From: Octopus sinensis
Taxonomy: Eukaryota
Reading direction: 5' to 3'
DNA length: 64,000 nt
Assembly: GCF_006345805.1 (NCBI RefSeq)
Contig: NC_043026.1
Span: forward strand, 1,116,001 to 1,180,000
Position 1 is the first letter of the stretch. Each line of letters begins with the position of its first letter. Positions 12,182-24,587 of the stretch are shown here, piece after piece. Made by a program: the position numbers and the translations under genes. A model generated the notes under the pieces. It saw only the letters and a list, made by a program, of their open reading frames with translations. It had not been told where the DNA came from and did no database searches.

Positions 12182-12476
12182 AAAATATTCTGTGAGTATG
12201 ATACCTCTCCTCATATCTCCAGAATGCAAACTTTCTTCAATATGGATGGATTTACATTTTCAATTTCAATTTCATTTTCTGGAAAACTAAGAGGTTTTTT
12301 GAAATACTTTTTTAAAACCCGTTATATGACTGTGCAACACTAAAAGAACTTTTAGACGTCCATTTGTTACCAAAATATTATTTTTATAGAACTATGAAAC
12401 TAGAATCAATCAATCATACCCGATGTTTCAGGAGTATAACATCACACCCTTAGATGTTTGGAGAACTCAGATGTTT

Positions 12477-12565
12477 TTTCGGCTGATGAGTACGGGTCAC
12501 TTATATTTACTGCAATATTTGCAACCTTAATAAAGATGTCTTCGTACGAAACAATTGTACCGAAA
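12477..12565 (+). ncRNA. Type I hammerhead ribozyme motif, complete core
   Basis: Stem I TTTCGG/CCGAAA, CTGATGA, stem II GTACG/CGTAC with a 48-nt loop, GAAA, palindromic stem III ACAATTGT, GUA cleavage triplet (predicted cut after 12559). Confidence 0.85.
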
Positions 12566-12711
12566 TATTGATCCATTCTTGTTGCTTTTTTCTTATTTAT
12601 AATCACACCGCTTATCTTATGGTTAACACCATATATATTTCTGGTACATCTTAGTTAAGTACCGCATTCATGTGAATTCAACAGAACTCACTTGAATCTT
12701 AATTGCTTTTA

Positions 12712-12854
12712 CCGAATATATATATATATATATACACATATATATACATATATATACATATATATACACATATATATATATACATATATATCATCATCAT
12801 CATCATTGTTTAACGTCCGCTTTCCATGCTAGCATGGGTTGGATACATATACAT

Positions 12855-12888
<34 letters not shown>

Positions 12889-12960
12889 ATATATATACAT
12901 ATATATACACATATATATATATACATATATACACATATATATATATATACATATATATAC

Positions 12961-12993
<33 letters not shown>

Positions 12994-13030
12994 CATACAT
13001 ATATATATACATTTATATATACATATATAT
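12712..13030. repeat. Compound (TA)n/(TACA)n microsatellite containing the last ~45 bp of an RTE-X-type 3' end (12790-12843)
   Basis: Direct reading; CATCATCATTGTTTAACGTCCGCTTTCCATGCTAGC matches 39895-39935. Confidence 0.9.
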
Positions 13031-13239
13031 TACTTTTAATTTTATATCTTTTTATATTTTTATATGTGCGTGTATAAAGGTCACCTTTCCTTATTAGAGC
13101 AGATTGGGCTCTTTAGTTTTGTGATAACAGCCAATCTAGGAGATGATAAGGGTAAAACTAGAGCAGAGAGGACAGCACTTATAGCACAGGTGCTAAATCA
13201 CAACAATTTGAACTTTGTTTCTCTCTTTGAAACTAGATC

Positions 13240-13920
13240 AGCACTATTATCAAGGATATGTGAAGCATGGGCTGTGAGTGCCAAGGATGTGCATGGGCTT
13301 GTAAGAAATGAAGCTAGTATGCTTTGTTGGATGTGCAATGTCAGTGTGCATGTGTATGACAGAGTGTAAGTGTCTTGAGAGAAAAGTTGGGCATAAGAAG
13401 CATCAGATGTGATGTGTAAGGATGAGTCCAGCTGTGTGAAGAAGTGCCACACACTAATAGTGAAAGGGACCTGTGGAAGAGATGGACCCAGGAAGACGTG
13501 GGATGAAGTGGAGAGGCATGATCTTGAAATGCTGGGCCTCATAGAGGCAACAACAAGTGACTGAGACCTTTGGCGATATGCTGTACTGAAGAAGATCCGT
13601 CAAACCAAGTGAGATTGTAGTCATGGCTGATGCCAGTGTCGCTTAACTGGCTCATTTAAAAGCACCTTTTGAAAGTTGGGCAAGATGGTGTGCTTGAGAA
13701 GACCCGTGAAGCCAAGTGAAATCGTAGTCATGTGCCAGTGCTGTGTGACTGGCACATAAAAAAAACACCATTCAAATGTTGAGTTTGATGGAGGCAGTGA
13801 CAGGTGACCGAGACTTTTGGAAATATACCATGCTTGAAAAGACCGGTCAAGGCAAGTGAGACCATAGTCATGGCCGATGCTGGTGTCATGTAACTGAAAG
13901 CGGATGTTAAATGATGACAA
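13240..13920 (+). mobile_element. RTE-X-like LINE 3' remnant
   Basis: Encodes RNEASMLxWMCNVS as in 40579-40830; ends AAGCGGATGTTAAATGATGA. Confidence 0.7.
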
Positions 13921-13929
13921 TGAGTATTC

Positions 13930-15000
13930 AATCACTCGAAAAGAATCCTGGCCAGAACTTTACCAATGACTGATAAGAGGGAGATGCCATGAAAATAACC
14001 ACAATCCTCTTTCAATACTGATTTAAAAAGGGAAATTAGTATTGTGTCCATCCTGTACTGAGTGACACTTTCAGTCCTCCAGCAATTATAAAGTTTTTTG
14101 CTGCCAGACTTCAAAATCTCACTTCTAATACCATCCACACAAGCAGCTTTATTGTTGTTTAATTTTCTTATTGGTCTAGAAAACATCTTCTAAAATCGAT
14201 TCATTGGCCATTTCATGGATAACTGTTAGATTCTTCTATGTTTTGAATAATATCCATATCTACATTGGAAGCCCTATTCAGAAGAATTTTGAATATTGCT
14301 CAACCTGATGTTTCTGTCAGTTAAGAGACATCTCCCATCAACACAACAAACTGGGGCTATTGCAGTTGATGTGGGACCAAAGACTTCTTTGATTAAGGAG
14401 AAAAATTGTTTTGTGTCCTTCCTATTAAAAGCAGCTTGTGCTTTCAAGGCCTTCAAGCGTTTGTATCTTTCAGGCTCATTTGGGTTACCTGATTGATTGA
14501 GAATATGTTGGAAGTAATTCTTGTTTACTTTTCATTAAGGGAGTGATTTCATTGTTGTAGCCTGTGATCCAATCTTCTAATTTCTTTGATTTAAACCCTA
14601 TTGTAGAAGAATCTGAATTGTAGATCTGAGATTTTAAAAATTCCCATAGATTGTCTTGGTCAAGTGAGATAATGCTAATAGCATTCTGAAATTGTTGAAG
14701 GATGGCTATAAATTTAAAGTAAGCAATGTTAAGTTTTTTGGCAGTTCAGATTCTTTGGTTTAATGAAAAAATTTTGTTTTGTCCTCACTAGTCGATGCCC
14801 CTGCTCTCTTTGCCATTTATTTTGGTGCAATGCTTTCTTCAGCTTTTAGTAAATTCCACTGAAGGAGTTTATGTGAGGTATGGATCAACAGGAAATTTGT
14901 TTAGTTTGACTAGATTTAGGTTCAAGAGCAAAGTTTTCCGCACACTTCATAAGTCATCCCAAAGAAGGCTTACAAACTCTAGTTTGTTCTTTTTACTCCG
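13930..15000. mobile_element. Old RTE LINE RT fragments in both orientations
   Basis: Minus: GISLLSVIGKVLARIL (13932-14186). Plus: EGVYVRYGSTGNLFSLTR (14795-15000). Confidence 0.6.
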
Positions 15001-16272
15001 CATGTCAATTGGTTTGACAATTGGTTTGAAGAAAACAGGGGACAGAGATAGGTGTGTTATGTACAGTAGAGATATGGATATCTCAGTTGGAAAATAAAGG
15101 AAAGCGAGTTGGAAATTACGATAAAGAGAGTGATAATGAGAAAGATGATGGTGGAGATGTATTGGGACATGCTTTTGTGGGATGGTGAGAATAGGTGAGG
15201 AGATATAAAGGCTTGGGCTGGGGAGGGAGTGGGCAGGATGGCTACATATTTATATCTCATGCAAGCCTGATGAGCCACCAGAGAAGCCACACAGAAAGAC
15301 TTGTTACAAACTGCAATGTCTTTCTCACCAGGGCGAAGCTCACAAGCACTGTCTGCTAGAAAATGTGTGTAATTTGCTCAGAGAAAAATCACAAGAGTGA
15401 TCTGGAAGAATATAGAAGTGAAAAGAATGCATATGACTGTTTGTTACAGTCATATGAATAAGCAACTCACAGAACTTGTTGCATCTGCAACAAGTTGACA
15501 GCCATCATGTATGTATGTGTATACACATGTGCTTGAAAGTGGTCTCCTTGCTTGACAGTTTGTAAACAAGCATCACCATCATGCAAGCAGTGTCATTTGC
15601 TTTCAGCCTTCCATGAAAACATGTCCAATCATGGAAAATACTAGTTTGCTTGAAAGCAGAAGGTTGGTGACAGGAAGGGTATCCAGCTACAGAAAATCTG
15701 CCTCAATGAACTCTGCTTAACCCATACAAGGATAGAAAAATAGGTATTAAAAATGAGGATGATGAGGATATATATTATCCAATCGTTGCAAGAGTCGAAA
15801 AGTGGACATTAAATAATGATATATATATATCCAGGCTATGTGTTTGTGTTCTTGAACAAAACAATTCATTTCACTTTGCTCCAGCTGTAGAAATGAGTTG
15901 CAAAGTCACTGGTGCCAAGCTGTATCGGCCCCTTTGCCTTTCCCTTGGATAAGATTGTTGGCATGTGGAGAGGGGATGCCGGTATGCATGGGCGACTGCT
16001 GCTCTTCCATAAACAAGAGTCAATATAGGGTGGTGTCAGTCTCATCACAAACACACAACATAAATAACCAGGACAAACACCATTCCAAAGACGGTACCAA
16101 CTCACTACCCAACTGAAACTTTATACTGTCAATTCTGATGCTGACCTCGCCATTCCACCAGAAAAGATTGGGAGGAGGTCTGCTCAATCAGAATTAACTA
16201 GTAGCTCAGCAACAACATCTCAGTAACAGCCAAGAATGATAAACCAAAGAGAAAACCTGCAAAGTTTCTCAC

Positions 16273-16581
16273 CTTACGCTGTGTTTTTGACTCTGTTCTG
16301 AATGCTGGACAAACACCATCTGGGATGACTACCTCTGGCAATGGTTTTTGCGGTTGCAAGCCCTTGTAGTCTGAGTCCCAGAGGTCATCAATTGAGTCAC
16401 TGTCTTTGTTGGAGTCATCCAAGTCCTCATTCTCAAACAAGTGTTTCAGCTTTGTAATACTAGACTTGTCACCATTGGCAATGTGTCGCAGTATCTTTTT
16501 GATTTCTCGGATGGTTCCATGATTCTTGTGAATATCCTGTTCCACTTTGTGGATTTGGGACTCGATAGAGTTGAAGTCATT
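16273..16581 (-). CDS. MAN2A1: Golgi alpha-mannosidase II, coding exon 2 (luminal coiled-coil stem)
   Basis: Acceptor CTTTCACAG|AAT, donor AAG|GTGAGA, 309 nt, phase 0-0. Encodes NDFNSIESQIHKVEQDIHKNHGTIREIKKIL...VCPAFRTESKTQRK, matching the stem position of GMII, and joins exons 1 and 3 in frame. Confidence 0.8.
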
Positions 16582-16840
16582 CTGTGAAAGAGAGAAAACA
16601 AAAACAGAAATGAAGATAGAGGTAGTGTAAGTCAGTATTTAGGCTGGAATTATTCTGTTTTTGTAGTATTTAAGTGGGTGAGAGTACAAAGACTCTCTAA
16701 GTAACCACTACCACTGGTACTCACTTTCAGTTTAGTGAACTACAGCAGCATGAAATGAAGTGCCTTGCTTAAGAAATCAGAGCTTCACCCAATCCAAGAA
16801 TAAAACACATAAACTCATATTCATTAGCCTCACACCCTAC

Positions 16841-16880
<40 letters not shown>

Positions 16881-17279
16881 CAAATCTTTGGTTTAATGGA
16901 ACCCCAGTTTAACATATTTGGAATTTAACATCTCAAATAACAACACACTATTGTCAGTGTACAGGCACATATGAAATCAGGAGTTAACTGCATATTTAAA
17001 GTGAGGAATAGTTGTTGTCTAAGAAAACAGATACAAAAACAGAACAATAAAATGAGCAAAAAGATAACCAAGTATAGAAAAAGAAAAACAGATAAACAGA
17101 AAAATAAAGAGATAAAAAGTAGAAAAACAGATAGATGGAATAGTGAAACAAAAATATATTAAAAAAAACACAGAAATATGAAAATACAGGAGTACTGGAA
17201 AAGAAACAAAATATAGGAAACAACAAGAATATACAAAAACAGCACTTCAGGCTAAAGATAAGAGACACCTGTCGGTCCT

Positions 17280-20200
17280 CAGGCAGTCAACCCCTTACCA
17301 ATTCTAACCTACAATGAACAGTCCCTAACACTGAACTTAGGACTATGCTGCATCTTCCAGTGGGTATTTGTCATCGCTAAACTGCCAACCCCTGTCTTAG
17401 GAGCTAATTTCCTTCATCCTTTCAGCTTCTTGGTAGACATCAAGAACAGAAGACTTGTTGACAGCACCACTCAGCTCACTGTACACGGTATAACCCCTCA
17501 TATGACCACAGTCAGTCCAACAATTTTGAAAACAATCACAACCCATCACAGTACTGTCCTTAAAGAATACTTGGACATTGCTCAACCAGTATTCCATAGT
17601 CAGCCTATCAAACATGAAGTCCCGCACCACACCAAGACCAGCAGTCCACATGTTACTGCATGAACCTGAAGGTTACCACCAGATCATCTCAAGGCCATCA
17701 AGCAAGAATTCCAGTACATACTTGACCTTGGAATCATCTACCCTTCCAGCAGCAACTGGTCCTCGCCAATACACTGTGTTCCTAAAAAGTCATCAGCTGA
17801 TTTGCGAGTTTGCAGTGATTAGCGATTGTTAAATAACTACATTATATCTGATGCATATCCTATCCCTCATCTCCAAGACTTTTCTAGCTCACTGCGTGGA
17901 GCTTGCAAGCTTACAAACAAATTTCTGTGGAACCTGTGGATATTCCGAAGACAGAAGTCACGAAACCCTTCGGAATGTTTGAATTCCTGCGTATGGCTTT
18001 CGGTTTACGCAATGCAGCACATATATTCCTACAGTTTATAGACACAATTACCAGAGGTTTGCTTTTTGTCTGCATACATAGATAACATACTCATAGCCAG
18101 TAACTCAGACGAAAAGCATGATCAACACCTTCTGTTGCTATTCGAATGTTTGCGCAAATATGTTCATTTGGAGTTGCATCCCTTCATTTTCTCGGGCACA
18201 TTGTCAATAAGGATGGCATTCGCCCACTTCCTGAGAATCTCAAAGCCATCGTGGATTTTCTACCACCCACATCTCTCTGCAAATTGCGGGAGTTTCTTGG
18301 CTTGGTAAATTTCTATGTGAAATTTTTACCCAGCCCAACTGCTCACGGATTTGCTGCGGCATAGAACATGCAGAAATACAAACGTTGCCCTGAGTGAAGA
18401 AGAACTTGCCTCTTTCACTGCCTTGAAAAGAATGTTATCCAATGCCGCCAGGCTGGTGTATCCCAAACCAGATGCCCCACCGTGTGTACTAGTGGATGCA
18501 TCTGATTCCGGAGTTGGGGGTGTGCTACAGCAGCTCGTTGACAGTATATGGCAACAGTATATGTCTTTCTTTTTCAGGCAGTTAACACCAGCTGAAATGA
18601 AATACAGAACTTTCAGTAGAGAATTAGTGGCATACCTGGCTGTTAAGCTTTTCCGATACATGCTAGAAGGTCGCAATTTTGCCATATACACCAACCACAA
18701 ACCACTGGTGTATGCATTTAATACCAAGCCTGATTGTTACTCATTGAGAGAACTCTGCCACCTCAATTCCATATCACAGTACATGACAGATATATGCCAC
18801 ATTAAAGGGTTGACCAACTCAGTAGCCGATGCACTATCACACATGCAGATCAATGCAATCCACACCACTGCTGCAATTGATTTTCCACATATAGCAGCTG
18901 ATCAGAAGAATGATGAACTTCTAAAGCTTTGAAATTTGTCATCTCTTAAATTTCAGCAAGTTCTGGTACCATCATCTATGGCCCATATTTGGTGTGATAT
19001 TTCCATTGGTCACCAACACCCTTATTTACCGGAGAAGCATCGTCGTGAAGTTTTTTTTCTGGCCTGCATTCTCTGTCACATCCTGGTATTTGTTCCACTC
19101 AAAAGCTGACATTGATCTGTTTTGTGTGGACCAGTATCAACAAAGATAACAAAGAAAGGACCAAGTGCTGTGTTGCATTCCAAAAAGCAAAAATTTACCA
19201 ACTCATAAAATCACCGATTGGCTCCTTTTCCAAACCAGGTGCACAATTTCAGTACATACACATCCACATCATGGGACCCCTGCCACCTTCACAAAACTGT
19301 ACACATCTGCTCAACTGTATCAATCGTTTTTCATGGTGACCCGAAGTTTGGCCCTTATCAGATACTTCAGTAAGCTGATATCCCACTGGGTTTCGCGCTT
19401 TGGCACACCCACAGCTATCACCACCAACAGAGGATGTCAGTTCGATTCCCACCTCTTCACCGAGCTGACTCATCTCCTCGGGTGTAAACACACCCACACA
19501 ACAGCTTACCACCCTGCAGAAAATGGCATGGTCGAATGCTTTCACCACCAACTCAAGGCGGCTATAAAAGCATATCCAGACTGCTCCAACAGGTTGGAAA
19601 TCTCCCGCTCATCCTCCTTGTTATTTGATCCACAGTTAAGGAGGGAGTTGGACATACACTGGCTGAACTAGTTTATGACACAGCACCCACCTTACCTGGG
19701 CAGATGATCAAACCTGTTTCACCACAAGACTTTCCTGACCCAGCAAAACATGTGCACCACTTATGGACATCTATGTCACATTTGTCCCCTGCAGGCCCTA
19801 CACAACAGAACGTCACTTCATATGTCACAAAGGACATCAATACTTGAATGCATGTTTTCGTTAGAAATGATGGGATACCGTCTCGACTTCAGCTACCATA
19901 TTCCGGGCCCTACAAAGTAATTCAAAAAGAACCAAAGTATTTCCTTCTCGATATAGGAGGAAAACAAAATACTGTCTCTGTTGATCGCTTAAAAAAAGCA
20001 TTCGTCGAAGAGGATTTATTTTTCCCCGTTCCTCAAATGGACTCAGCAACTTCACCGTCCCCCATCGCAAACACCTCAGATTCTGCACAACCTCAGCACA
20101 CCAAATTAGGAAGAACAGTTCAATGGCCTGCAAGGTCTGTTCACGTCTTTCGAGTGAGTTCAAACCCTTCATCTACCCATCTTCTCAATTGAAATGTCCA
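17280..20200 (+). mobile_element. 5'-truncated, frameshifted Ty3/Gypsy pol (protease-RT-RNase H-integrase)
   Basis: PVLGANFL..LVDIKNRRLVD; DAYPIPHLQDF; PFGMFEFLRMAFGLRNAA; YIDNILIAS; VDASDSGVGGVLQQ; integrase MGPLPPSQ and PYSGPYKVI..VSVDRLK, in PR-RT-RH-INT order. Confidence 0.92.
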
Positions 20201-20801
20201 CAATGCCCACATCAACACATTTTTCTTACACATACATAACGCGAATGACTCTGCATCACCTGCATACAAACCAAAAGAAAACAAAGAACATTTCTATAAA
20301 AAAAAAACATTTTTCTACATCAACTGACGAACTTTTCCACAAACATTTTTCATTTTTCTGTAAAATTACATTTTTTTTGCATGTACATGTTTTGCTCTCT
20401 ACATCATACCTGGATGCTTACACACACTTGCAACACTCATATTTTCGTGTGTGCAATCACTTGCTCTCTGTGCCACTGAAAGACAACTTACCTCTATTAG
20501 ACTTCTAGTGGTTGCACATTAATAGAGTTGCATATCTCTTTCAACGCATCAGCATATCACATTTATGCTTTTGCCTAGGCATATACACATTGCCTAACGT
20601 ATATGGCACACACCAACTCTGAATGTTAATTCTTTGCTTTATATTTTTATTTCTCATTTCTTTCACCTGCCATGTTTTTGACATCTATTCATTTGTCTGT
20701 AAATTACATTTTGCTGCATTACACACAAAATCACACATTTTCAATATCGCATGCATCTGTATCAATCGATCTCTATGGCTTTCTTACTGGAAGTGGGGTA
20801 G

Positions 20802-21377
20802 TGTAAAAACTAATACTTCCTTTTTCCAAGCTGAGATTTGAAACCGAATCTAGGGATTCTTACTTGCCTGACCCACCAAACAGGTGCAGGAGAAATTTCA
20901 TTGTCCTGTTAAGAAATGATAGATTGTTTCTCTTCGACCTTAGCTGTGTCATTTAAGGTTCAAGTGGACAGGAGGCGACCAACATAGGTAGAAATTTCTC
21001 CTGTGGTATGTCTGTCCTTCTAGCTGTCATGCCCATTATAAATACAGCAATCCGTCAAGGGACAGAGAGTGCCAGTTAAACAGGTAACACAGACTGAGGT
21101 AGTCAACATGAACAACAGTCGCAGAACATAAACAGATACCACTGAATGACCAACGCACACACAGACACAAAACATGTTTGGTTCTACCCTATTATATCAA
21201 TACAGTATTTACCCTGTTAATTTCTTCGCCAACTCAAAGCAGTTGCTAATGGTGATGCGGTGAAATATTTGGTGTATACAACATGTAAATGCAAGTGTTG
21301 TTTAAATAAATTATTTAAATTACAACCTGATGTTTTTCTATTGTTTTACTTTGCCTATTTCATCTGCTACCTCAACA
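20802..21377 (+). mobile_element. Candidate 3' LTR of the Gypsy element
   Basis: Polypurine tract GGAAGTGGGG just before TGT(20802), AATAAA near 21305, ACA end at 21377. No 5' partner LTR is present to confirm. Confidence 0.4.
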
Positions 21378-21550
21378 TCTTTTGCTACACCTTTTCCACT
21401 ACACCCTTAATGTTTTCCACATAAATATTTAAATTCCTCTCCGAAGTATGTAAACATACTTTTCTCTGAATAACAGAATGTATATGTGAGTACATTGAAA
21501 TGCTAAATAATTAATAGTTAATATAGAATTATTTTTGTCTTCAATAGGCC

Positions 21551-21950
21551 CAGGAATGGCCAAGTGGTAAGTAGCTTACTTACCAACCACATAGTTCCAG
21601 ATTCAGTGCCACTGTGTGGCACCTTGGGCAAGTGTCTTCTACTATAGCTTCAGGCCGACCAAAGCCTTGTGAGTGGATTTGGTAGACGGAAACTGAAAGA
21701 AGCCCATCGTGTATATGTACATATATATGTGTGTGTGTTTGTGTTTCTGTGTTTGTCCCCCCAACATCGCTTGACAACCAATGCTGGTGTGTTTACGTTC
21801 CTGTAACTTAGAGGTGCGGCAAAAGAGACTGATAGAATAAGTACTGGGCTTACAAAGAATAAGTCTCGGGGTCGATTTGCTCGACTAAAGGCAGTACTCC
21901 AGTATGGCTGCAGCCAAATGACTGAAATAAGTAAAAGAGTAAAGAGTAAT
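21551..21950 (+). mobile_element. SINE family A, full length
   Basis: Same sequence as 6895-7250. Confidence 0.8.
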
Positions 21951-22501
21951 ACTCTTAACAGCCCAGATTCCAATTAAACACCTACTTTATGTCCCTTAAC
22001 ACTTATAAGTCTATTTTTCAAATACCTTAAAGTATTTTAGCAAGATTTCATTAGACAAACATCTTCCCACATGGCTTCAGCATCCTCATAAATTACTATT
22101 TATGTTATTTGAAAATACAGTCCTCATCTTAGTTATTTCATCCTCCCTGCTGATATCCGCTCATAACATCTAACATCACTTGAATGGTGATGATCTGAAC
22201 CTAATGGCTGGATTGAACCATGTATAGGATTCTTTTATGCTTATTTCTTTTGTTGATTCTGTTTATTTAAATCTCAAATCTTATATGCATTACTTTTTTT
22301 CCATCATGATACAAATAAAATTAACTAAGTATACACTATATTTCTTCTCCATTTTCTTTTATTAATTTACACAGTATTGGACAGTTTATCCATATCTTTT
22401 GCGCAACATTATTCCAATATGTTTGATAACACCAGTTAATATCCAGATATTTTTTAAAAATATCTTATGAAGAAATTACATCCTCAATATTTGTGTGTGT
22501 G

Positions 22502-22541
<40 letters not shown>

Positions 22542-22559
22542 TGGATAAGTAGGCATGTA

Positions 22560-22770
22560 TATGCTTGTGTGTCTATGTTTGTCCTCCCACTATCACTTGA
22601 CAACTCATGTTGGTGTGTTTATGTTTCCATAACTAAGCGGTTCGGCAAAAGTGATTGATAGGTACTAAGCTTTCAAAGAATAAGTCCCGGGGTCGATTTG
22701 TTCGACTAAAGGTGGTGCTCCAGCATGGCTGCAGACAAATGACTGAAACAGGTAAAAGAACAAAAGAATA
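22560..22770 (+). mobile_element. SINE family A, 3' half
   Basis: Matches 21760-21950. Confidence 0.75.
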
Positions 22771-22899
22771 TATATATGTTGAATTGTATACACGCACGCA
22801 CACACACAAAAAGCAACATTTTTTTCTAAGCATTCGCCATGTTGAACTGCTAAATTCTCCAAGTTTTTGTCATTTTCTCTCTGTTTATTTTCTCTTATT

Positions 22900-22936
22900 C
22901 CTTTCTGATGAAGAGCATAGGCTCGAAACATAAAAT
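22900..22936 (+). ncRNA. Minimal type I hammerhead motif (extra A after A9; stem III CpG-decayed)
   Basis: CTTT-CTGATGA-A-GAGC-ATAG-GCTC-GAAA-CAT-A-AAA; the ACGT palindrome is mutated to ACAT. Confidence 0.6.
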
Positions 22937-23021
22937 AATTTTTCATTTTCCTGAGCGTTAAACTAATACACTTCCTTGTTGTTCATACACATTTCTTCAT
23001 CTTTTGTTTTACTCTAAATTT

Positions 23022-23092
<71 letters not shown>

Positions 23093-23194
23093 ATATAACG
23101 GGAAGCTTTATGAAAATAAACAAAAGACGAAGGCAGGTGAAAACAAACAAACAATTGTATTAGTATGGCGCTCAGGAAATATAAATAAAACAAG

Positions 23195-23232
23195 TCTTTA
23201 ACGTTTCGAGCCTACGCTCTTCAACAGAAAGA
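23195..23232 (-). ncRNA. Minimal type I hammerhead motif (A6U core variant)
   Basis: Minus: TCTTT-CTGTTGA-A-GAGC-GTAG-GCTC-GAAA-CGT-T-AAAGA; perfect 5-bp stem I and ACGT palindromic stem III. Confidence 0.65.
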
Positions 23233-23404
23233 TACACAGAGAAAAAAAATACAGAAAGAAGGAGAGAAAAAAATGCGTGCAGTAACTAACGAATCAACAT
23301 GGCGATCTGATTTCGGCCAGCAGTCAAAGATCAAACATGAGACGCGAGAGCGAAATTAGGGGAGATAATAGGGTTGATAACAGGGTTGAGTGACCTGCTC
23401 CAAC

Positions 23405-23443
<39 letters not shown>

Positions 23444-23482
23444 AGAGAGTATTAGTGCGTATGATGTGATATATATATATAT

Positions 23483-23646
23483 AGGTGTAAGCATAGCAGT
23501 GTGGTAAGAAGCTTGCTTCCCAACTACATGGTTCCAGGTTCAGTGCCACTGTGTGGCACCTTGGACAAGAGTCTTCTACTACAGCTTCAGCCCGACCAAA
23601 CCCTTGTATGTAGATTTGGTAGATGGAAACTGAAAGAAGCTTTTCG

Positions 23647-23650
<4 letters not shown>
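23483..23650 (+). mobile_element. SINE family A, 5' half
   Basis: Head matches 21551-21710. Confidence 0.75.
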
Positions 23651-23688
<38 letters not shown>

Positions 23689-23692
<4 letters not shown>

Positions 23693-24573
23693 TAATACTA
23701 AGTAATTAAGGGTTTAGCAACGAATTGCCTCACCAACACACCGATTTAGAAATAGCAGTCAAAGAGATATAGCTATTCCTTCTACTAAAAGGGGATCTCA
23801 GTAAAAACACAGCACTTGAAAGGCAAACACAGACAGGTAAGAAAGAAAGAATGAAATGACGGCAATCCATCATGCAATTTTACGTTACCTACGGACGTAC
23901 GTTTCGAGATCAGTTTTAGGATAGCGTAAGAATTAGAAAATTCTACTTTACCCGTACTTCTTCTCTCATCGGCGCAGGATACTACAATTATGAATAATTG
24001 TATATTAAATTTTGAGATACTAGAATGCATCATCTCAACTCAGAGCGAGCTAAAGCATGACCAGTACCACGAAATTCAAAGTTTGAATGAAAGTTTGTGT
24101 CACCAGCCCCCTTCCACCCGCGTGTAGCCAAGACAAAATGCTGTGGTCATTTACTGGGATAAATATGGTTATCAGTAATAATAAAAGTGAAATTAATTAT
24201 TAGGGATATTATCAATTACACCAAGTAGATTTCAGCATGTAAAAGCCCCATTCGAGGAAAATTTAAGTAATTAAGGGTTTAGCAACGAATTGCCTCACCA
24301 ACACACCGAATTAGAAATAGCAGTCAAAGAGATATAGCTATTCCTTCTACTAAAGGGGATCTCAGGGGATCTTTAGTAGAAGAATAGCTATATCTCTTTG
24401 ACTGCTATTTCTAATTCGGTGTGTTGGTGAGGCAATTCGTTGCTAAACCCTTAATTACTTAGTATTACTTAAATTTTCCTCGAATGGGGCTTTTACATGC
24501 TGAAATCTACTTGGTGTATTGATAATTATCCCTAATTAATTAATTTCACCTTTTATTATTACTGATAACCATA
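23689..24573 (-). mobile_element. Penelope pseudo-LTR/retrozyme-like unit: direct repeat (565-bp period) plus inverted arm
   Basis: 23700-23807 is repeated at 24265-24365; 24164-24355 is inverted at 24371-24573; contains the hammerhead at 23888-23978. Confidence 0.7.
23888..23978 (-). ncRNA. Type I hammerhead motif (U4C core variant)
   Basis: Minus: CCTGCG-CCGATGA-GAGA..long loop..TCTC-GAAA-CGTACG-TC-CGTAGG; palindromic stem III ACGTACGT, GUC triplet. Confidence 0.7.
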
Positions 24574-24587
24574 TATATATATATATA

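Noticed and set aside
12803-13097. Ile/Tyr-rich ORFs (also 39250-39667)
   Set aside because: Translations of (TA)n microsatellites.
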